A DNA stretch of 64,000 bases from Tubiluchus corallicola (Eukaryota > Animalia > Priapulida). Numbering within the stretch: position 1 is the first letter of the stretch; every line of letters starts with the position of its first letter. The notes beneath the pieces were generated by a model. That model searched no databases and was not told the DNA's origin. It saw nothing but the letters and a program-made list of their open reading frames with translations. Below are positions 28,401 through 39,400 of this stretch, one piece after another. The position numbers were made by a program, and so were the translations under genes. The DNA lies in assembly GCA_030141605.1 (NCBI GenBank), contig JAQGDQ010000077.1, positions 310,001 through 374,000 of the forward strand, written 5' to 3'.

Positions 28401-29140
28401 GTACAATCGATTTAATCCTATAATTGCATCTTATGCATATTTTTTTATAAATTGCCCTTTTAGATGTGCTATTACGCATGCATGTTATAATAAAAAAGCA
28501 TGTCTTAGTGCCGAATAAATAACAAAAGGTCCCGAATAAAAAATACCACAAGACAACCCAGCAACAATCTTAACTGAGGAAGTACTAAACAGATTTGCAT
28601 TATTTTGCAGACACTGTGACGCACGCACGCGCTGACGGGACAGGCGGCGCAACCACAGAGATCCTTAACGGGAACTCCTTCAACAGTCCAGCCACCAAGA
28701 CTGTTTCCTCCTCTTCAAACTCCAGCGTTGGTGTTCGACATGAAATGCGCAAGTATGGAGTGAACACGAAGAAAAATTTGACGGCCAAGAAGCGTTTGAT
28801 CAAGATGCTCTTTGTGGTTGTCCTGGAGTTCTTTGTCTGCTGGGCTCCGTTGTATGTCGTCTACACCGTGTTGATCTTCACTCCACCAGAAAGAGCCAGA
28901 GATCTGATCTCAGAAACGTCTTATCAGCTGATCTTGCTGCTAGCCTACACGTCCAGTTGCACCAATCCCATCACTTACTGCTTCATGAACAAGAAGTTCA
29001 GGCAAGCGTTCATCCAAGTGTTCAGTTGCAGTCAGAAGAGCTCCAGTGGACGCTTGACCACATTAGAGAGGCAAACGTGTGCCACTGTTCTTCACCAGGT
29101 CACAGGATCGTCTGGTAAGCCATATCGCACATTCTGCTAA
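8435..29140 (+). CDS. CCKAR: Cholecystokinin/gastrin/sulfakinin-type class A GPCR; join(8435..8783,22097..22298,24628..24815,28611..29140), 422 aa for this 3' end
   Basis: Four GT-AG exons in compatible phases (1,2,1) total 1269 nt. Family motifs: GNTLVILTLVQNKRMRTVTNVFLLNL, SVAVSAFTLVAISLERYCAICYPLRSRSW, AKKRLIKMLFVVVLEFFVCWAP, YTSSCTNPITYCFMNKKFRQAF. The symbol denotes family (CCKAR/CCKBR co-orthologue), not a 1:1 orthologue. Confidence 0.93.
10030..10210 (+). repeat. Dispersed repeat built of degenerate 15-16-nt units (consensus about CCAGTGGTACAGTTCG)
   Basis: The same unit and flank recur at 22842-23255 (+), 24125-24500 (-) and 12330-12430 (-). Confidence 0.75.
12124..12233. repeat. (AAC)n then (AAT)n microsatellite
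   Basis: Directly visible. Confidence 0.95.
13400..13530. repeat. (TC)n / polypyrimidine microsatellite
   Basis: Directly visible. Confidence 0.95.
15985..16082. repeat. (GGACA)n/(GGGCA)n pentanucleotide microsatellite
   Basis: Directly visible. Confidence 0.95.
18988..19277. repeat. Apparently perfect 144-bp tandem duplication
   Basis: TATGTCCGGTATCAGTGAAAG...GATTATTAAAATA starts at 18988 and again at 19132. Confidence 0.92.
22097..22298 (+). CDS. CCKAR: CCK-type receptor coding exon 2 (TM3 with ERY, TM4)
   Basis: Acceptor TTTTTTTCAG| at 22096 and donor AG|GTAAGA at 22298/22299. Confidence 0.93.
22842..23255 (+). repeat. Minisatellite-bearing dispersed repeat (CCAGTGGTACAGTTCG family)
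   Basis: About a dozen degenerate 15-16-nt units, followed by a duplicated TTCTCTAC..TATGTTA..ACCTTAT flank. Confidence 0.8.
24125..24500 (-). repeat. Inverted copy of the same repeat (CGAACTGTACCACTGG units)
   Basis: Reverse-complement units; these explain spurious ORFs 23943-24416 and 24241-24438 and the 5' part of 24410-24883. Confidence 0.8.
24628..24815 (+). CDS. CCKAR: CCK-type receptor coding exon 3 (ECL2 Cys, TM5)
   Basis: Acceptor TTTTACAG| at 24627. Reads YKCREVWP...LFILPLLLMLIAYTLISRTLW. Donor CAG|GTGAGA at 24815/24816. Confidence 0.92.
26003..28203. repeat. Diverged ~350-bp direct repeats (about 26003-26350 and 27852-28203) in CCK-receptor intron 3
   Basis: GAAGACTGGTGA.AAA.CT..AGTTGTTAATTTTCT...CTTGTAAATTATGGTCAC...AATACCTCACTAAG is present in both copies. 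Confidence 0.8.
26638..27461. mobile_element. Possible solo LTR or small TIR element (TG...CA)
   Basis: Begins TGTGACGGCGCA and ends TGTGCCTGTCACA (imperfect inverted termini), with internal AATAAA. No clear TSD. Confidence 0.35.
28611..29140 (+). CDS. CCKAR: CCK-type receptor coding exon 4 (ICL3, TM6, TM7, helix 8)
   Basis: Acceptor TTTTGCAG| at 28610. Contains CWAP and NPITY. Ends at TAA 29138-29140 or splices out at TG|GTAAGC 29114/29115. Confidence 0.92.
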
Positions 29141-29752
29141 AATGCTGTATCAGTTGGTTATCTACGTTTTTTATTTTTGCCACTGATGGAATGAACCCAT
29201 ATTTGTCTAGTTTTTGAAATCAAACTTGTTTAAAACAAGGAAGATGTGAAGAAGTCCGTACACAGCTTGAATTTGAAACAGAGACCTGTTGCAACTCGAC
29301 TGTCAACGCGAGCGGTCGTTTAGCCGCAGTGCCAGATAGCCATTCTACCTGTCTAAATTAGAAAAACTGGGTCGATTTTGGGTTGGGTTCCGATTAAGTC
29401 ATGAAATTCTGCTCGGGAATCTGTCTTTTCGTTATTTCTTAAGTGGAAACTCTAAAACCAAATAAAAGAAATAACAGTGTCCACTTTAGCAGCATATTAA
29501 CGAAATGTATACAGCCAGTGCCAGCAATTTAAGGTTCACTGTGGCATCACTATCTGCAGTAGGATGCATTACACAAATGATCGAGCAGTCGCAGTTTCAG
29601 CAGAGTAGAAATTGTTTCATTATTTTTAATTTTTTATTTTTGATTCTCCATCTATAATGTGTTACAGAACCAGGCAGCATTCTACATAACGTTATTATTT
29701 GCTGCTGTCATAGCCAATTTTTAAAATATATTATCTAAATTTTTCGTCTTAG

Positions 29753-32700
29753 TTACAGACAGATCAACACAGAAACCACAGGAAACCTCGCATACTTCGG
29801 GTAAGTGCTTTGAAACTGAGATTTTCACTATAGACTGGATATTGAGAAAAGTGGAACCCTGGAGTCTTTTTTTAAGTGGGCAAAATAGCGAGCCCTGCGA
29901 ATTTGACTTGGCCGAATCCGAAAAAAGGTTAATTCAGCTAATTACATGGTCAGTTGGGCACGATGCCAGTTATACTATAGATTTGGATGACAGTTACATG
30001 GATAATTAATTACGATGCAAATTTAACACTACGTTTACATTCGAGAACCAGTTTGCTCGGGCAGATCCAAACACTTTAACTCGTGATATGCCATACTGGC
30101 GTAGTCGTAACAACGGTAAAAACTTTCTCATTTCGCATACAAGTTATGAAATTCTGCACAAAGTTAGAGCCCATCAGAGTGATTAATTTTGAATATGAGG
30201 CCAATCAAAAATCATCCAGTCTATTTTTAAGATTGATTTTAAAGGCTTATCTTAAAAATTAGTTATCATTGCAATTGAGATGAAGATTTGCTTGTCTAAA
30301 TATAGATTTTTAAGATCAAAGAATCCACTGATGCTTGAACACACTTGAGACATCAACAATTACTAAATGAAGCTGCCAAATCGTGCAATTGCATATAACA
30401 TAATAACTAGACTGCTTTTCTAAGGTAAATATAGGGTCAGAAAGAAAAAGGTTTTGCTGCTGTCAAACTAAAGTTATAAGTGTAATATAATAAGAAGAGG
30501 TAATGTTATCCATGTTATCAGGATCTATACATTCTGACTTGAACTGTTGTTCTTATTGCTTCTTAGCGTCAGACACTACATTGAATGTGTGATGTGCGTG
30601 CATGGTAATTGTGATATTATGAATAGCAACAATTCTACCGTAAACTCTTGATCTTTAAGACCAATATCTACATATTAAAATCATTCGTCCGATCTCCAGC
30701 AAAACATGCAATATGACTAATATATTGCACAATCGGCTGCAGCCATCTTTACAAACATCTTGAAATTCTAAAGAGGTGATCGGCCATCTTGAAAATGGCG
30801 GCCATGCTGGATACAACCCTAAATCATTTACCTTTAACGTCTATGTCTAAATACTAAAGTCATCATCCTATCTGCCTTAGAAAGTGCAGTGTACTTTTGA
30901 AATTTTAGATAATATGATGTTTGTAAGCATCGGATGTGGACTTCTTAACCACGAAAATCTATATTTAGACACTACAATCATCATCTTATCTGATCTATCA
31001 GTTAAGAAGGCTTTTATATGTTAGCGACAGCCATCTTGTTGGCCATTTTGAAAACGGTGGTCATATTGAAGGATTTTCGATTGACGCCGTATTCAAAACA
31101 AATCACCTTGATGTATTCTATCATTGTGCAAAGTTTCATAACTTTTAGGCAGAAGACCCATTTTTCGAAATTCTGCTGAACTATATGCTGCGGACCAGGG
31201 GATCATTTTGCTTTTTGTATACAGGCTTATTTTTGTCCGTTTGCATGCTTTTTGAAGTTTAGCAGTTTTTTAGTTTCAACAAGGTCGAATTGAAAAAAGG
31301 AATGCATTTTGCTTATATAATAAATCTTTAGGTATGAAAAAATGAAAAAAACTCTGCCATTTTACATTTTGTTTGTTTGTATGTGCATCTTTGACCCTTT
31401 TCCCTAATTTCTCAAGCTAGTTTTTTCGGATCAATACAGTAAAATTGATAATAATTTTGAAATGTGTTAAATGTGTGCGCAATATCGAATTTCAGCATTA
31501 AATTTTCTTTGTACAGGAGCAGGTTTAGGATTATTGAGAGTATAACATTGTTTACACTTAAAAAGAACGAAAAGCTGAAAAACAAATCTATAATATTTGT
31601 TACCACTGAAAGAGTAGTTAAAGATATTTTGTAAATTACAATGCTGAATAGTTGAATGCCTGAAAGGTGAAATCATGTTGTTTCACGATTAGAGTGCTTG
31701 GCACGACATGATAATCGCAAATAAACGAGATTTTCTTCATAATGATTATGGATAAAAATTGATCCGGATTATTCCACAAACATTTTCATCTGCAAGGTCT
31801 AAATGATTTGACCTTTAGCAAGAAATCAGCGAATTCTAATATGAAGCTTTCAAAACCAGTTGTAGGCATATGCTGGCTGTTAGAAAGAAAACCAAACTTG
31901 ACGGAAAGCCTGCCTATGGCACGCACTAAATTGCTATAATAGTTAAAATCAACCTTGCGGAGGTCCAGGCTAAATATATGTCGAATCGCCAGCAAACTAT
32001 TTAGTTCAAAACTGCTAATGCTGTACAACAACAAACTTTTGAAATCAAATTAACTTTGGCAGAGAGATTATGACTACGTTTGACTACCACTGGATATCTG
32101 AAATCATAGGGTTAGAGTTCAGTTGGCGATAAACACTGTCAACAGTTTTGCAGCTCTACAATTGCTACGTATAGGAATCTGAAATCAAAGGTTGAGCATA
32201 GTAAGATTACAGTAAAATGAAAAATCACATTCACAAAAAAAAACAAAATTCATGGTGTTCATCTTATGGCATTATTGCTTCATAATGGTGATCAAGGCTG
32301 AAAGGTTTGATTGGTCAAAGAAATATTCGCGTATCTGTCAGAATCGATCTCCGTATAAATTAGAGATGCTGGTAGCATAATGGCTGATATTCATTCCTAA
32401 ATCGGAACGTACAACCGATATGGCGATCCTCGAGGACCTCGATTGACCTTACCTTCCCCAATATCAACTACCAATTCTAATTGCGCGTATCAGATGAATG
32501 AGAGCGAGAGGTGAAGAAATCTCATCAATACCGTGTAATTAGTTATAGGGAATTTAACAGGGAGTTGAAATCTCATAAATAAAAGAGAAGCTGTAACTAT
32601 AATGGCACCCCACATTCGCTTTAATCTTGTAGACTGATAACCGTTTTCTGCGGTTCGTCCTGTTATTTCGCATTAAATCTCCGTAGGTCCTCTGAGATTA

Positions 32701-33830
32701 AGCTAGTTAATCTTGCTTATAGATAGTATTGGTGGAGACGTTCCAATATGGCATACTTGATTTTCAATTTCCACTGGAAAATTAATAGGGTGTTATACTG
32801 CTGTTAGCTCGTCCATGTTCGTCCAAAAGTGCGCCGGGGATCTGCTGTTCATTAGTAAACTAAAAGTACTAGTTACAGTAATCTGTATATACGTTCATAT
32901 ATTATCATACATATGTCCTTTGTTTTCTTTCCACCATGTCATATACATATTTCCACCATGCCAATAATGACATGGCTGGCACGTATCCAGTTGACAACAA
33001 TGACGGTTTTACGATCTTGTAACACGAAAATTGCGCGACTTGCCTGTAACCTTAGTGAGATGAGTTAACATCTCATGCTTGTCATTATCTAGCATTATGA
33101 TGCCAAAACCTGCAATCTAGAGTAGTTGTCATCCTTTCAAATTACACGTATATATTAGGTCCATTATTATAGAAACTGTCAATTTAGTGTAAATTAAAGC
33201 TTTCTCTCCAGGTCTTTCACGGTACAAAATTTGATCCAGGTAATTTGCTTGTCCCAGTTTGACTTGGACTTGTCTAGAACAATTAGCACGTGTTCCACAC
33301 TGGGTTGGCTATCTGCTTAAAATTGTCACTCAGACGAGTTGTGAACGCAAAAATGAACCATTTACGACGAAAATCGTCAATTTATATAAACGTTAATCTT
33401 CAATCGGTTTGCCAACTCGCAACACAAATAAATTCTGTCAGCTAATTATTCACTTTTTAGTCGAATTCAAACTTTTATTGCAGAATAAAAAATCCATAAT
33501 ATACAACTATATCAAAGCGAAAACTAAATAATAAGGATACGTACTACACATTTTTCGTGCATAGTTATTTGCCAGTGTTCATACTTGACATGTACATTGG
33601 GGTTAAGATAAAGATGTCAAGAAACTGGCCTTCTGAAGATGGATTTCATTTTGAGCACAAAAACCCCAGTTTAAATAGTAGCTATTTGATTCAGTGTTCA
33701 CAGCATTTCGTGATTCGTTACCGATGTGCCGACATCACCCTGGCGTTTACAGAATCATAACAATCTTTGTTATTTTTCAGGAAGCACGGGTCATAATGAA
33801 AAAGGTGTGGAAGAAACAGATTACGTCTGA
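29753..33830 (+). CDS. Candidate C-terminal micro-exons of the CCK-type receptor (29753/29759/29763..29800; 33212..33239; 33781..33830)
   Basis: Each has a pyrimidine-rich acceptor, and the first two have GTAAGT and GTAATT donors. Phases chain to an open frame ending GSTGHNEKGVEETDYV*. Confidence 0.5.
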
Positions 33831-35636
33831 AGATGATTTTTGTGTGCATTGTGTGACTGGAAACATGGATTTAACTGTTTAAGTGAAATTAGTTTTTATG
33901 GCAACATTAATTGTACTGGTGTACAGCTTTATTTATTTATAATGACAAGCGGTTTCCGCGGCCAGCCGCTTCTCCATTAATAACTGTAAAAGACGAGTTT
34001 TATAGTTTAGTGTTTTCTCATCCATAGTATTTCGTGTAATGTCAAAGCCTTTATAGATATTGACAACTACCGCGATTTTACGTAAATGTTTCACGGGGCC
34101 TTCGCTAATGAATTTCTTCATACAAATAATCAAAAGGTAGAAAAGGTGCAAAGCTGAAAATGCGGTACACCATTATATGTCTGGTTCTGGCTGTCTCTAG
34201 TTTTTGATATACGATGTATCGTCAGGGATATAAAATATTTAATGGAGATATTATGCAGATTAGAGACCGCCATCTTAGAAAACTATTCTTCAGGGCTGGC
34301 TTCTACTAATTTTAAACACACTGATGCAAACAATAGACATAGGGTACCAAATTTAATGTTGAGTGTTGAGTAGAAAAGTTACATGTAGCTACAAGTTACA
34401 AGAAAACTACATGTAGCTATTAAAAATCAAATATATAAGCGTAGACAACAAAAATTCTACAGTATTTCCTTTTTACACATATATGCCAGATAAACTATGA
34501 TACTCGTAGTTGTAGTAAAAGGAGGCATGTTTTTGTGGTTGCCGGTCAATGCGGCAAAGAGGTTCTCAACTAACTACTGAAAAGGTCTGTATGATAAGAA
34601 TGTCTTTGCACCGGAATTACAATTACTAATTAAATTGCATGAGAAGCTAAGATGTTTCCATTTATACATAGTTCACTGGACTAAAAGTTGTGTGACATAA
34701 TATGTGTGTGTTTGTGTGTGTGTATGTGTAGAGCAGCACAAAATAAATGTTTAAAAAGCTGTGCTGATAACTTCATAAATGTATCTGCCATATTCTGAAA
34801 TCTGTGACCCTCAATTGCACGATGCTGTGTCTTAATGATAACAATAATTGTTACTATTATTATTCATTGTCGATCTAAATATTATTGTAAGTGTTTGTAA
34901 TGTAATATAATATAAAAATGAAGGATACACGCTAAGCTGAGCGATTAACGTCATCAATTTTGTACGCTGAATTTACAACTACATGCGCCTTCTTTACTGT
35001 AATAATATTCCACTGAGACTTCTTACCCAGAGAAAAACTTAAACCTGTAAAACCAAAAGTGTTCCGGCACAATAGTGATTGCTGCATCTTAGCTTCCCTT
35101 GCCTAAAACTAACAAAGTGTGCATTGTTTTGGCTAAAAGTGTTGCCATTTTTGATATATATCACTAAATCAATACAACATATTGACATAATGTGACGCAA
35201 CAAAACATATACTACATTGGTTGCAAGACAATGATACTAAATGAATGCAATACTTAAAAGACAAACCTAACAAATTGAAGCCAGGCATGCGTGCATATAC
35301 AGCTCTCAAGATATAAAAGGCTTTGTATATTTACAGTAGTTTGTTTAGCGCTTTCCTAGCTTTCCAAAGTGGTTCATAAAGGCAAATAATAAATTAGTTA
35401 AAATGACATGACTTGACAGTAAATAAACGTGATTAATAAGAATGTACAGTAATTAAAATATAGTGCCAAACAGTATTCTTATCAGTAGTTTTTAGTGTTG
35501 TCACCTGCCTCAAGGTTCTCGACTGTTATACAATATGTCGTCGCCACAGTCATCATTTAGCACAGTTTTAGAATTTGGCTTAATCTTGATTCTTTTCAGC
35601 AATTTTTGGCGCAAAGTTATTAAATAAAAAATCCCA

Positions 35637-35640
<4 letters not shown>

Positions 35641-35688
<48 letters not shown>

Positions 35689-35758
35689 GTGCGTGCGTGT
35701 GCGTATGCGTGTGCGCGCGTGCGAGCGAGCGAGCGTGCGTATGTGTGTATGCATGTAT
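35641..35758. repeat. (GT)n/(GC)n microsatellite
   Basis: Directly visible. Confidence 0.95.
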
Positions 35759-36021
35759 GAATCACAGCTTGATACTACATTACATTAACTTTCGGTTGTG
35801 GTAGCTACAAGTTCGTGAACTATAGTTGTTTTTAAGTCATGGCCGGAACGCTTTTTACATAGGCCTAGTAAAAATTAGATGCCGGAACAATGTCAGCTAA
35901 TCGTAATTAAAGAACAGCCATGTTAGGGTACACAGCACTCAATACATGCCAGTAAACAAATCAAATCAACCAGATTACTACAAAAGATAAAGCACGGTTA
36001 AAAATTGTTATCATAAAAATG

Positions 36022-36460
36022 GGACTTAATCGTCTGGAATACGGCACCTGAACTTCCCTTAAAAAGAAAGCGTATGTAGGCTACTCTGAGCAGTAACTAA
36101 AGACAAAAATTGTTGAATGCTGGAACCAAATATGTCTTAAAGAAGTGAGAAACTGTATAAGCTGTTGGAAGAAACGCCCTCGTCTAGCTTGCTTTGAAAA
36201 TGGTTGACACATGCAACGCTTACTCTAAACTATAACAATAGTGATAAACAAAATTTTTCCGGTATTTATTTTGTTGACTTGTTGTTATAAAACTTCTGTA
36301 CCTTTGGAATTTGGAAAAATTCAAGAAAATGACCAAATAATTTTAGTGTTTATACGTAATCGTCTGTAACATCAGCGTGGTAATTTTTAAGCAATTCCGT
36401 TATTTTCTTTCTATATAGTCGTGACCAAAACTTCGGCACATTTTTTGCACCACCTGATAT
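36022..36460 (+). mobile_element. Tc1/mariner transposon relic (3' end of transposase plus right TIR)
   Basis: Frame from 36022 reads GLNRLEYGT*TSLKKKAY..LKTKIVECWNQI..VRNCISCWKKRPRLACFENG*HMQ, matching the (SPD)LNPLDY..W..LK...W..I...R...C....GGH C-terminus. A TIR-like GGCACATTTTTTGCACCACCTGATA ends near 36460. Confidence 0.75.
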
Positions 36461-39400
36461 ATACTTTAGGCAGGGAAATTCAGTTTAGTATGTCAGTGTT
36501 GTATAAAAAACCACTAATACAAAAATGTGTTACTGAATGAACGAAATTTCTTCGGTATTAATCAACAGCTTTGTCAAGTAAGACGCTCAAACATTACTAA
36601 GTTTCATCGTACCTTCTTTTATCGTTCATTAAAAATCACACGTTTTAGCATCAATTTCGCTACCCAATTTAAGTCTTCCATGCTTTTTGTAATCGCTTTC
36701 AAGTTTCGTTGGCAATTTTCACAATTTCTGCGAAGATATTAGAGCGTTTAAAACTTGGAGTCATTAATAGTACAATAGTCACCAGATTGCTATTATTAAC
36801 CACCATCTGCGATTGTGAGTCACAAAAATGAGAATCTTATAACGTTAGAGACGTTGGGTCGAGATCGTGTGTGTGTGTGAGCGTGTCTATTTGCTGTATG
36901 ACTACAGGCCAGTAATCTGTACATAGAAGTAAAATGTCCCTCTCTTTCTTCTGTTTGTTCTTCTCTTTCTTTCTGTCTTCTCTCCTATCTTTCTCTCTCT
37001 CTTTTTCTCTCTTCTTCTTTCTCTCCCTCCTCTCTCTACTTGATGACTACAGACCAATAATATGTACGTACAAGTAAAATCTCTCTCTTTTTCTCTGTCT
37101 TTGTTCGTCTCTCTCTCCTCTCTCTTGCTCTGCGTACAATAAACAGCTGCCGGTTGCAGCTCTACGTATTGATTCACCAGTGATAAAGGAAAGACTCGTA
37201 AGATGCACACCAGCTAGATCACCTAAAAACTGATTGATTATAATATCACGTCTGGCATTTTATATCTGACAAATATACGTGAAAGCCTATTTTGTGATGC
37301 AGCAAAAGTGCAATGCGGGTATAAAACATCGATTTCAGACAACAAATTTCAGAAACTTTATTTCATCAGTACCCTTTAAAAGCGCCGTATGCAATGATGA
37401 TTTTTCCGTGTGATATCCCCAAATGCTCACATCAAAATATCGGTCAAAGTTGTTTGTCATTATAGCTTTATTAATACTTTCAGACGTTAGGTAATTGGTC
37501 GTGGCCTAAAGGCTTCTTAGTCACGGTGAAACATGCATACAATTTTCTTACGCTTTTACATTATGAAATTTAATTAACGGCTCGAAGCATTAAGAATGTC
37601 TCTATTAATAAAGTTATTGCATATTATAAACGACATTTTAATTATTCGGTTTTTCTTTATCAAGAATAAATTTTAAAAGTGGTTCGTTAAAGATGAAAAA
37701 GAACAAAACAGAAGTAAAAGGTAATAAAAACGGAAAGAAAAAGTAAAAGAAAAGTTGTACTCTAAGTTGCTTCAGTAAATCATTTTCATCAACTTGTTAC
37801 GATGTAGGATCTTATATTCCCATTGCTTTTGCTGCTTGTCACGATTTGCACGAGCACGATTCTTGCTCTAAGTGCCGTTTTCCATCAGATTATCTGCACT
37901 TGCTGGGTTCTGCTTTGACTTTTGAGTTGTAAAACGCGTTTTATATTAAGATAATAAAATATCTAAAAGCAACTTGGACGGCTTCAGCTGTTTTTGACGT
38001 CTTCTGAGCTCTCTCGCCGACTTCTGGTGTAATCTCTTTGAATCTGTTTAGTGGGGAAAAGAGGAAAACAAAATTACACGATTTTATGAAGCAAATCTTC
38101 ACAGCGGCGATGAGCTCTTAATGTGTTTACTGAGGAGCATTCTGAAATTTCTAAGCTCAAGTGATAAGATAGGAGTCAAGATTACTGAATTCTTTCACAA
38201 CATGTAGAAAAGGCTCTCACAAAATTTTGTAATAACAAGGTAAATCACCTTAAAATCACCGCAGTTTATGTTTTGGCAGGTAGTGTTTTCATCCGAGAAT
38301 TAGCCTGGCAATTATTTCGTGCTTACATAATTTTGGTATTACATTACTACTGTCAAGACTTAACTCAGTTTTCATGTACTGTACAGTAACCTTAAGTCAA
38401 AAAGTATTGTCTGGCGTAAGTGTAAAGCATTGTCGGCAAAATGTAAAGAAAAACTTACAAGTTTTACAAGTACAGTGTTGCTGCTAACATAAGGTCTGTA
38501 TGTAACACGCACATAAATTTTTAAGCTTTATTTATGAAGAGTGCTTTTCTTATATTCTTAATACATAAAGATGTCACACTTAAAAATTAAATATCATGCA
38601 AAAAACATAGAAATACATCAAGTAAAAAACACAAGGGGAAAACACGTTAATATAAAATCACTGGCCACAGTCACTGAACAGGGTGAGACACAGCAGAAAT
38701 TTGTTAAACCATTTTATAAGTTTTAGTAATTCCGTGTTATTTTTTTCCTATTTTCACATAAAGCAAAGCTACATCAGTAGTTTGAAAAGTCGTGGCTTCC
38801 TCATTTTTAATTGTATGATTTTTTTCATTAATTGTCACAATTCTTGTCATTAAAGAATTGTTTTTCTGAAAGTATGTCAGAAGAGTAAAGCTCTGCAAAA
38901 AGACTGTCAACTTCAATTATTACTGACATACATATTGGGGGCATGCTTATTGGTGGGGTTATGCCACGCAAAGTGTTCAGCAAGTGATTGTCAATATTCG
39001 CATTTGACGACTAAAATTGGTAGTTTGCTAGTTCTGTAAGCTTTCCAGAAAGGAGCTTCTGTATCTTATACGTCACCTTTTCCAAGCGTTTACTCGTTGC
39101 TCATTATGCATGCAGCGGGCTTTCAGAGCGTGCTCTGTCAGACAAGGCATGGAATTTTAACACTGGGCTAAACTGATGAGATGACAACGCGAACAGACGA
39201 GGCCGAAAATGAATCCAAGTATTTTGCGTCTCTGCGCAATTATTTTGTCATTATACATGTAATTTACGTCACTCTTAATCACCAACCTGAGTCGTTAGTA
39301 GCCACCGAGCGCGCGTTCAAAAGCTGGTTTGCCTCTGACCTAATCGATGTTTATTGCGGTACTTCACAACTCACTAAAAGCATCCAGATACATCCGCCCT

